64,000 nucleotides of DNA from the NCBI GenBank assembly GCA_964035545.1, contig OZ037765.1:17608995-17672994 (forward strand), in the 5' to 3' direction. A model generated the notes under the pieces. That model had not been told where the DNA came from. It saw nothing but the letters and a program-made list of their open reading frames with translations, and did no database searches. This stretch comes from Bugula neritina (lineage: Eukaryota > Animalia > Bryozoa). Shown piece by piece: positions 1 to 12,000 of the stretch (positions are counted from its first letter, which is position 1; each line of letters starts with the position of its first letter). The position numbers and the translations under genes were made by a program.

Positions 1-3000
1 TTATTCTTCTCTTCTACTATTTATAGTAATAAATATAATTCACAGAAAAAAATAACACATTTTTTTAAATAAACAAATAGAGAACCACACATGATATATA
101 AAGGAGATAATTCTCAAAGTTCCATAGACGCAGAGATTAACTCTCAGTTACAAGAGAGACCATACACAGCTGTATGATACAATATAACAGCACAAACCCG
201 TTCATCCAGAATCTGTTTAACAGCTGGAGAGAGTCCGGTGTCTATGAGGTCACTACTGTACAGCTTTGATATGACGATAGCCAGCTGTAGGTCATTCAGT
301 TTAGAGATGCATATCTACAGCAAGAAAGCAGCACCATTCACCTGTGCAGTAAGTATCTAAAGTAAGAGCAGTATGACAAACGTTCTACTAACAGCCAACT
401 TACGTCAACGGCATCTCGGAGTGATCCAGCAAGAAGAAAAAAGGCGGCAGCGTGCAGAAACCTTTGCAGACCAAGCAAAGCGTAAGCATTTTTCAATGCA
501 GCTTTTCGCCACCTGTCCTCAGTAAAATCATTCTTGAAGAACTTCTGCATTTTTTCATCACTCACAGACCTGCATATGATAGTAGCATCAGATATCTGCT
601 GACAAAACAAATATCTGAACAGCCCCAATAAACTAAGAATGAGTATAGTCAGCGGTGTCCGTGGTCTAGGGTTTAAAGCGTTAGCTTAGTAAACACAAAA
701 GTCATAAGTTCAAATCCCAGTTAAGGCTATTGGTGATGTTAGGAAGAGTATCCAGTCATAATTGCTCCTGTGTCACATATGAATAAGTCTTTAGCCTGCC
801 TTAAACAAACCCCTGTCCATCAGATGTTCTCAAAGGGATAGTGACTATAAACTTGTGTGAGTTAGTACAGTTAGTGGTGTAGATTCAAATGTAAAAGTCA
901 ATGAGTGTTACTAGAACTACCCGAGTGCTTTCCTTTAGAGGTGAATATCAAATTTAGATTAGCATCTAACCTGTACAAGCCCCATAGCACCATTTTCTTT
1001 TTCATGGCTAAATAGAATATTGCAGAATCCATAGGGTCTTTGGTCTTTTGAAATGAATATTTAGAAATTTTTTCTACAGTTCTTCTAAGGATGTTAATGT
1101 TAGTAATAACCCAGCCAACACCAAACATCCTGGCTTCCTCCCATGTGGGCTCTCCTTTGCTGAAACTCGGCAAAGAGTTTACTATTTCCTATCCAACAAA
1201 AAAAAAAATTTGCAAACCAATGGTATTGAATTCGTTATACTGTATTTCAATAAACAAATATGCAGCTGTTAATGTATATTTTAACACAGTATGCATCAAA
1301 GTAGAGTTGTCCTACCTCTTCAGACTCGGAATGGAATCCCCATATAATATCGGATGCCGAGAAACCAGATCTCTGAAACTGCAGGCGCTGAGTTGGTGAA
1401 AGAGTTTTCAGAAGATATGTGTCATGGCCGACAGCCAGCACATACCTCAACCCACAGTCGTCCACTGCTACAACGCATAATAGTCAGCCATAGCTATAAC
1501 CTTACTGTGACCAAATTGGCTACTAGCAGCTCTAATTCTGTGTTAATAATTACTAGCGGTAGCCTAAACACAACAAAGAACGCAGTGCTTGACAATGTAA
1601 GTCAAGATAATGCGCAAGATTTTGTAGGAGTAAGTATATGATAACGTGAAGCTTAGATGCTTTACATCTCTTTTAATCAATTACAAGTTAAATTTTCACT
1701 TTGGTCTCCAAGTTTTGCTTTACTTGAATGTTAATCTTTTGCATTTAATCTTTTACTTTTTTTTCATTTTGTATATAGCCTATTCATTTTTATTATAAAT
1801 GCCATTATTCTCATTTCCTTTTATTATTGAGAAATATTTATTTATTTTATTTCATTTCGCATATGACCTATTATTCTTATTATAAATGCCATTATTTTTC
1901 ATTATTGAGAAATATTTTGTACATCTCCATGACAACTACAACCATAAACATAAATACCGGCAGCGCTCTGTCTAGCGTCAGTAAACTTGTCGGAGAAGTC
2001 GGTTTGAGTGTTGGCGACAGTGTTAGCCAAAGCCATCAGATACATCTGGTCCAGGTTGTTTAAACCAGGTAAGCTGACCTGAACCAGGGCATTAGCAAAG
2101 GTTTCTGACTCTTTTGGGCCAAAGCCAAACCTATAATAAAACATGAATAAAAATATTTTTTGATGAAATCAACAAAACCCTGTGTATTATTCTTAACTAA
2201 GTTTAGTAGATTACACCAAGAATGTGATATACATGCAGATATTATATTATACTATATGGCCAAGCCTTAAATTCTCGCATTTGAAAATCTGTCATATAAC
2301 AAGTTTCTGTAGCGTAACAGTGTGTTCACTGCAAAAATATATTTTATATAAAATAATTACTCTGTTTGATAAACATGCATTAAGTACATATAGAATGCTG
2401 ATGGTCTCTTACTGCAATATGTTTATATTTTAGAATTTATTTTCTTGCTCAATAGATATTATGTCAAGAAGCATGAGCAAAGTACAGGCTCTCTATTACA
2501 CACCCTACTATATACATCTAGAGGCCTTCAACTTACAAGCTCACCAAAAAACTCTTAAGAGACGCAGAATGCAACCAACCTGGACTTGGTTCCAGCGGAA
2601 CTCGAGTGCCGTCTTTTTCTATCCGCTTCATCACCCTCATCCTCATCATCAGTCAGCCTGAGGTCAAGGTCAGCGTGACTGGGGTTATACCCGTCAGAAA
2701 ACAATTCGTTGTACTCTTCCTGTTCACCTGATATTCGAGATACAAAATAGAGCAAGTTTTATTCCGTCACATTACGATCAAGAAATACACAAACGCTAGT
2801 GACTCTAGTAAAAATGAAGTGCGCTTTAAACACTTTCGTTCCACGCGAACATAACTACCTAAAACTAGGCTCTGTTCTCCACAGCTATAACAGATTTTAA
2901 TATACTTGATAACATACTTTTGGCATTGGTTGAGTCAGCCACCATAGAAATAGGTTGATCATTGTCAGCGGCCAGCAGACAGTATAATGGTAAAGGTGGT

Positions 3001-6000
3001 ATGGAACTGATTTCCACAAAGCTGGTCATCTGAAGGCATTACAGCACACATTGTAACACAAACAGCTACGTGGAATTCACTATTATTGCTGGTTATCTCT
3101 TCAAGTAATATTATAAAACAGATAGGCTTAAATATTATCTGCCAGTGTGAATTGTGTTGTATATAACAGCAGGATGCACAAATATGAGTATAGATTATGA
3201 TGAAATGTGATAGAATGAGCAAGGTGTCTTTTAAGTACCAAGCTTGTATAAAAATTAGTAAATATTTAATGGAGCATACGACCAGGTAAACTGCCTGCAG
3301 GTGCCCTGTGAAAAGTCATTGCCGAGTATTACAGTATAACGTAGCTATATGAATTTCTTTTCAACTATTGGACATTAGATATTTTCAATCAACCCATTAA
3401 AGTACACTCAATGTGCAATCAGCAGAACAACGAAGAGTTTAAATGCAGCATTTAGAATAAATAACTGGTAATTCTTTACTTACCTCTTCGGACACTTGAA
3501 CTTTGCCCTTAGACTGAGCAACTTGATGTATAGACATGGACCTAGGTCTAAATGCCACCTGGTCTTCAGTATCACTTTTCATGCTTATAGTTATGCAGTG
3601 CATTAGATGCGCCAGTGTAGCTTTTACTCTTTTTACCTAAAATATAAGTATGTGCTTAATGGGCAACTCTATGGTTGGTTTTCAGAAAAAAACTAATAGA
3701 AGAGTTCAACAGTGAATGTGATTTTACTATATCTAAATCACCAAGTTTTGCCACCAACGTAACTAATAAAATTTAAAAAGTGATAAAACTACAATATATG
3801 CTAAATACTAATATACGAGCAGGTCTCAGCGTCAGGATATTGCCAAAAGTGAAACGCTATGTGAAGTTTTAGAAAGTGGTGTAAAATTATTATAGTATAA
3901 AAAATTAAGCTAGCTTGTTCATGGCTAGTTATAGATTCTGCGTATAAACATGATTGTACATTTGTAAAAAAAAATTATTTTGAAATGAGTTTTGCAGTAA
4001 TTCTGGCATTATTAACAATAATTTGTTATGATGATGACTCAAATGGCATTGGGGGTTAAACCGTTGCCCCCCCCCCCCCCTCTTCAGCCACCCCTCTCCT
4101 TTTCTGCCATATCCACCCACATGTTGATGAACACTAACATTGAACAGACCAACAACTTTAATATCATCTCAATTCACAGCTAAACTTCACAGGAAAACTT
4201 TAATTCTATTGAAGCTACAGTTATCAGCGAAATTTCTTTACATCTTCCTTTGCATTGCAAATACTTATTGAGCTACGTAGCATTTGTACAGAAATGTACC
4301 AAAAGGAGAATTTATAGCTGTAGTTTCTGTAGTTTTGGTAAAACGATTAATATGATGATAGTGACTATTCACAATAAGTGGTGCTACTAGTATATAAGTC
4401 ATTAGGTAAGATTACCTGTAAAACAAATTCTAAAAGTGAGAGGAATTTGTTATTTGTTGCACAATTGAATAACTTGTAATACTTATGGTAACTTGACTAG
4501 CTTCTAATTTTGGTGCATATATTCACAAATATGTTTACCAAAGCAGCAGTTTTAAAAAAAGAAGCCTGCAACTCTCTCAGTTTTTTTTCTGACATATTTA
4601 CAAGTTTATTTGCCTATCATGCTAATAGTGTCTTTTCTATCTTAGCGAAAAACAAACTCTTCCCACAATGCTTTTTATAAACTTCTATTTCTATAACTAA
4701 CTCTAGTCCTCCTATGATCACAGCACTCCAAAACAAATACTATAATACATTCAGAAAACTATAGAAGATAATGAGAACACAGACACACACGGAGCCCACC
4801 TTGCCAAAGTTGAGAAGCTCCAGAAGTTGCTTAGGGTGATACTGTGGCAATACTGGGTTGGTTATTTGTACTGCTTCAAACAGACCACATTCCTGGATAA
4901 TCATACAGTATATTAAACAGTATTATATACAGTATATCATACAGTGTATGATATACTATATATAATACAGTGTATCATATAGTGTATCATAGAGTATAAC
5001 ATAGAGTATATCATACACTATATCATACAGCATATATCAAATCATACAGCATCACATAACAGGTGGGAGTAGCACAGATGTAAACACAGTGACAGTAGCA
5101 ACAGGTGAGAATACCTCCAATATGCCAGAAAATGGCGGGTTTGTCTCCAGTTTTGACAGAGTTCTTTTCAGCTGATCTTTTCTGCCTCTTTTTTCAATTA
5201 ATTTTGAAGCCATTAAGCGGTGAAGGTGAGGAACCTGCAATCAGATAAAGTAGAGATATCTATCATTATCACTGCTGTTAGACAGAAGCACGGCAAATCT
5301 GTAAATTGAAAGCAAAGTTAGTCAACTAGTGACAGTCTAATACTCACAGACTGACTGATACGGAGGGTGCTGACTTTTCCAGAAGTATCAGAGTGGATTA
5401 AGTCAGCAGCTACGGTGCTGGCAGCTTTCAGGTTATTGCTGCTAGGGGCATGGAGAGGGGTGAGAGCTGAGATATCATTGTAGGACTGTGGTCCATGCCA
5501 TTGTGAGTAGACATGCATTTCATTGTCCATACCTAAAGTACACCAGACAGATCCAAATAGTGACTAGTGTATAGGAACTATGTGGAGGATCAAACCAACA
5601 AATTCTTATTACAAGAAACAGGCCATCATTCCAGGTCTATCGACAAAAACAGGTATGAAAAAACTTAAATTTTCAACCAGAATTCCAAACTGACCCATAT
5701 TGCTCATAGACACCTGAACTAAACACCTGAGCTAGACACCTGCAGAAACCATGTGTGAAAGCCTTTTCTGTATCTCACAGTGTGTCTGGTCTGCAAATAC
5801 AAACCCTAAAACCGAGTACTTGTAGCCAACACATGGGAACTAACTCTCACCAACTACTAGAACACCGTCTTTAGCCCAGGAGACGTGCATAGGTAAGGGT
5901 GGTAAGCCGTCGGCAGTGGACAACTCCACACTGCGTAGCCTCATCCATCTGACAGTTGGTGACTGAGAGTGGGAGTTGACTAGAGAATTCGACTGCTGTA

Positions 6001-9000
6001 AGGCATGTTTGGTGGGATGTCTAGAATTTAGGCTATCACCTAAAATATCACCATCAACATATTGCAAACATAGAATAAGGTACACTCAGCAATGAGAGAG
6101 ACTACAATGCTCCCTCCATATCTCACGGATCCATATCTCGCAAAATTCCATGGGTCATGAGAAGGGCTTGGACCCTGCTTTGTGGCTTATGTATACATGT
6201 GTATAGAGACAACAATGGCTGAATTTAATGGATTTGTGAGTTAAATCTGGTATTCTACTATGTCACGAATTGAGGTTTCGGGACCCGCAGCTTAGTGAGA
6301 TACGGAGGGAGTGCTGTATTAATTAATCGAATACTATTGTTCTATTGGATAGTGTTAAAATAATACAATTTAGACCACCAATAAAAAGGGAAGATCACAA
6401 ATTTTATAAAGTAGAGATGAAGAGAGTAAAGCTAACTTGGCAGACGGAGCTCGGCATTGTGAGCTATCTCGTTGTTGACAGGAGAGAAGAAGAGTATCTT
6501 AGAGCCTACAGCCACAGTCAGCACGTGTCCGCCATCTTCGGTGGGAGCCCAGTCTAGCTGCACCAAGTGCTTTTGCTGCAAAACTCCACTTTTATTACCT
6601 GTCTGGGCAATACATTTCTTTACACTGCAAAGAAAACCAGAGACGTGAACTAAGAGCAAAGTTACCACAAGAGTAATACTTTAACATTGGCGGTTTGTTT
6701 ACTTCTAAAACCAAAACTACAATTATACCGTATGGAATCAATTATACAAAACATAATCAATGTTACCATGAAGGAACACCACATTCTATGTTTGAGAGTA
6801 CTATATTAAACAACTCTGTAAACTTCTAATACAAAAAGTACTAACAGTTTTCTCCCTTAATCCACTAACTTGAAATAATATAATTGAATTTCACAAATGT
6901 AATTAATAAGATTATGTAGAGAGCACGCACCTCTGTATAGTGCTGAGACTTGGTATACTGGGCACATGAGGTAACTTGGCAAAGCTTGATGTAGGACTGA
7001 CATTGTGAGCCGTGGGTAGATGGGATGAGTGGCCGTATCCTTGAGGATGATGGGAGCCCAGCTGCATCTAAATGTGAATACAATGTAGAATATATATCGG
7101 ATATTATGTAATACATGTGATAAGTCAACTTGAATCATCTACCTTATCAACCCTCTTGTAAGAAGCAACAGTAAAACTTCTACAATCATTATTTGGTGTC
7201 CAAGCTGCTACACTCTTCACAGAGCTATACATTCAGGAAAATAAGTTTGAAAGCTAAACAAAAACCTTGTTTGTGCAAGATCGCCTTGGCAAGCAGCTTG
7301 CTGGTGTGTTGCGCCAAAATGCAAAGAAAATCACTTAAAATGCCTTATTATTTTGCAAAAAAAGTAATTTAAATAGTTCACTTGAAACTTTTGAAGCAAT
7401 TGATGTAATATTTAAAATAGTTTCAAGCAGAGTTGAGTGAAACACTTGCAAAAATTACTATTTGGCAAACAGAAGATGTGCTGGCTGTTCTACAATTTTA
7501 TTGCTTCACTTTTTGCCCCCTAAACCTATTTTTGTAAAAGAAACAGCAGCGGCTCAAGTTCCACTGCATTATCAGATATTTATTGGTGATCATAAATAAA
7601 ATACATCCTCACAGCAATGATGCTGGCTAGATATCTGGCACTAGATATATTTTCGGGGGGGGGGCTGAGAGCATCCTAAGAACATTAAATTATTTACCAC
7701 TCTGGGCAATGAATTTCATTTACTTAAAAACTAGAGGGTAGAGATAAAAGTTCATAAAAATGTAACAAAAATAAGACAACTTCTTAAACTTGATTTTTGA
7801 TATCTAGACTAAATATTATAATGAAAATAAGTTGTAATACTAACAGAGTTAATAAACTGAAACTGTTCACATTTGCCTTCACTAATAGCTATTATTAAAA
7901 ATAGATTTATACTAGAACTGAGGCTTTAAAAATGGGAGAAAAAAGGAAGATAACTACGTAATCTATATCTTAAAAAGTTCCCGATGCGTTAATATTGACA
8001 TAGCAGATTTACTAATTTAATAGATAATGAGCATATGCTTCTCTAACTAACTGAACATTTCTAAGATAACATCTAATCTTCCAACAACATGGAAGGTCCA
8101 TCTACTTTTAAAATATACATTATTCAATACACATTATAAAAACAAAAGAAAAACTCCAAAGATCTGTAGTATTGTGTGGCATCATATACCATCTGCCAGT
8201 AACAGTTGATAAGTTACTAGTGCTGAATTTTTTCGTAACACTGACTATGGGTAGCTAGAATCTAACTAGTAGGCTAATTCGAAGATTAACCAGTTTGAAA
8301 AAAATAAATAGCTATGAATTCATTTGTATCAAAGACATGTTAGAGAATCTTGAACATCACAACCATTATGATTAGTTGAAGAGACAGAACAGAGATACTA
8401 AACAGTAAATTAAACAATAAATAAGAGATGCAAACATCACAATTGGCAAGCTGATAAGGAAGGGCGGGCAAGTCTTGGTAACCAAGCTGTGTAAGCAAAC
8501 AAGTATATAAGGGACTTCCAACTGCTTTGCAGGATTTTTCTGGTATATTACCTCCATATGAGCTAAAAGTAACAGTACTTATTGGGAGGAAAGGCAAGAG
8601 GAAGTGTGTCAGGAAGGGCGAGTGAAAGCGTAACAGGAAGTGGCGTGGTATGGCCGTGGAACGAGGAGGAGTACTTACCAGAGCCGCACTTTGCTGATGA
8701 TAGCATTGTAAATATTAACATACACATGACAATATCTAAACAAACTACCGACATTCTAACAAAGTTTGCAGGTTTCCCAAATAGCCATAAGTATTCATTT
8801 AGATACAGCAAAGGGTTAAAGGGCATTTATACTATATACATCACTCTAAGGTACGGTAATGGAGAAGTTTTGATAGCCAAGTTGTTAAATTTTGTTTAAA
8901 AATCTTAGCTTGGGGTGCCGGTTGAAATTTTCTTGAACGCATTTTTTCATGCTTTCTAATCTAGAACACAGGCTTTTTTCAATTTTCTCCCTTTGCTATC

Positions 9001-12000
9001 TCAAATATCCAAAAGCCAATATTTATAAGAATCTAGAAGCTACCAAACTTCTTTATTGTCACCTAAAATTATATTACAAAATATTGTGTTATACCTAATG
9101 GGAAATATTTAGTAGAATTACTAGAATTTGTTTCAGATTGCATTGGACTTTTAGTTTGGGAACCAACCATAAAACACACTCTGGGTATAACTTTCAACAC
9201 AAACACATGAAACATTATTTTTCTCTAAGGGGAGATGTGAAAAGAGCAAGAATGTATGGTATACTAGTACTTTGGCAATTATGAACAAAGTAGGGTTTTA
9301 GAAATTAGTTATATAGTCTAGCTTGTGCACCCACCAAGTTGTTAGGAGTTGAACATTGTGCTACTATTAACTATCTATTTAAGTACCAGTTATACTAATT
9401 CAATTTATACTTTTGTTGGTTAAGGTGAATATTTTAACAGGTTGGATACAAACAGTGGCACATTTCTTTTTAATATTCATATCTCATAAATAGCTTTACA
9501 TAACCATTAGTAGTATCAAAAACTCACATATAATGATTGGGTAGCTGAATTACCCAAGAAGTAAAAACCCGATACACAAAATCAAGTTTAGAACTTATTT
9601 AAAACTTCACATTGGCTACTAGCAGCTACTTAATGTAGACTGGTAACCGCTACTAAACAAAGTTTTAACAAGGAAGAATTAGTTAATCTAAAATTATAAT
9701 GATATAATGCACTTGCTCCACCAATTACACAATTTCTAATTTCCCTCCGCATGAACTTTTATATCATTATTTTTGTTTCTAAAAGAATTAGAAGGAAAGA
9801 ACTAGCTTAAATCATTTTATATAACTACACTACGAGTATTTGATTACCTCACATTTGTTTTGCCGGTTTAATGCTTACATCAGTTCTAACAAATAAACAA
9901 TTAGCATTACCTATGGCAAATTACATTTTCCATTTCCCAGTAAAATGAACAGTTTTGCCATTACCTGTTTCCTATTTATTAAATTAATGTGCTTTTAACT
10001 GCTAAGTATATATATGTTGAATGAAAAAAATATTCTTCAATTTATTTAGTACCAATTGTACTAAATTTATTACTAATGGCAAATTTCAATTACATGCAAA
10101 AAATGTATATAAACCTGATTATCTTGTTTTTGATGTATGAATACATTTAGTTAACCACGATTTTAATAGTGTTTTTCTTTCAACTTTTGAAGTATTAAAC
10201 TTCAATAATGTTAAAGGTTGAAATAAAGCCTCCCAAACTTTCAGTCTGTAGTACAAGTGAGTTGCAAAGGAGGTGTACCTTGATGTAAATTCATGAACCA
10301 TAAATGTTTATGACTACTCAAACTGTCAAACATGCTAACCCTGACTGCTTGTCTTACAATTTAGCTGTCACTTACTTATATAGAGTTGGACGACTTTGAA
10401 ACTCAATACATAAACATATTTAAAGACCCTTGATTTGTAGTGCGATGTTTCTGTTAAATGTGTTTCCCATAGAACAGCTGTCCACCTGGATCTTAGAACA
10501 TCACAAATTACAGTCTTCAAGACTGATACAATATTTCCTGCAATCCTCTTATAATTTCTAAAAACTCTCTAAAGATTTCAAGATCTCTGGATTCAGATTA
10601 TCCAATTTTATTCTCAAAAGTCAACTGAAAAATACTGGAATAGCTGAACTGTCAGCTTTCCTTGCAAAGTACCAGCTCTAAAAGAGGTTGGACCAAGTAG
10701 CTCTAGCAAAACCTAACACAATCAATACCTTAAAGAAATTCTCGGATGATAAAACTTGACTGATCTTTCTCTCAGCTCCCCAAATACAAGAAAGGTCTAT
10801 CTCAGCTTTGGGGTCAGGAATGAATATATTCTTCAATTCAATGACATCTTCCTGGAGCCATTCTGATCCACCTGTGAAAAGAAGGAGCATTAGTAACTCG
10901 TAGAGTTCATATTCCTCAATGAGAGCTGCACGGTGGACATGAAAACCCATTCTTACACATATGAATTCAAAGTTTATCTAGAATGATTCAAACAAGTTTT
11001 ATCAAAATGAAAAAACTTCAACAGAATACAAAGATGTGTCTTTATGTTCACCTTTCACCGCCTGATCAGGTTGTGGAAATGATAATATAATATGATAATA
11101 TTAAATATATTACTAATAATAGAAAATATTAAAATATTATTAAATTAAACCAACCTGTAGATTCACATTCATAAATTCCGACATACAAGTTGACGTATTT
11201 GTTGCTGGAGTTATCCTTGGCAGCCATTATCTCCCCTCTTCTATAGGCTATGGCCATCCGACCAGTAAATGCACAGCTTATAGAGATAGGTCGTCCTAAA
11301 TATACACTTCAGGCTTGAGGCTTATAGCAAATCAGAAAGCATGGATAACTTTAGTCACCTAGCCTCACCTGATGCTAAACTATACTAAAATATCATTATA
11401 TAATTTCCAATTCTTTCATGCAGGTTTACATATCACAACGGTGAAAACATACATTACATATATCTTATTAGATTAGATAGAATAGCTTTCTAATTACTCA
11501 ATAAATAACTACAACACATATTATATTAAAATTTGAGATGATATAATAAAATAGTGTACCAGGGACCATAAGTGAGCTGCCATTCGGACCAGGTATTTTC
11601 CATTCTGACCAGGTGAAGCTTTGTCCCTGTTGCCTACAGGTCCAGAATCTAGTAAGGCCATCTGTGCAAGCTGTGGCGAAGAGGTAGGGTGCTAAACAGG
11701 CGGGATATATGGTAGAAGAACTAAGATGGCCAGCAGAAGCAGTGGCATGCAACACATCCACCCCATGAGGCAAGTTCAGCCTGTGACTGTACACCTGAAT
11801 GCAACACCAGTAGAGTTTATAATATAAAGAAGTATAAAATATGTTGTGAGATAATAACCTGAAGATTTAAAATAAAATCTGTACTATTTCTTTGCTACAA
11901 TAAAATAATTTTGTAACAATACTTATTTAAAATTATATAATACTTCAAAGTATTATTTTATGAGCTATGTATATATTTCATTACATAAGCATTTGCCCAC

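Noticed and set aside
651-730. Possible tRNA-Thr gene
   Set aside because: The stems are degenerate and the sequence continues into a repeated SINE body; it is a SINE head.
6857-7138. Overlapping ORFs in all three minus frames over one DMXL exon (dual coding)
   Set aside because: The exon is only ~137 nt and GC-rich, so missing stops are plausible by chance; the alternative ORFs extend into intron sequence.
10376-10677. Exon-like segment in a DMXL intron ending in a GTAAGT donor
   Set aside because: All three frames from the nearest acceptor hit stops; it could be a poison exon, but the sequence alone does not support that.
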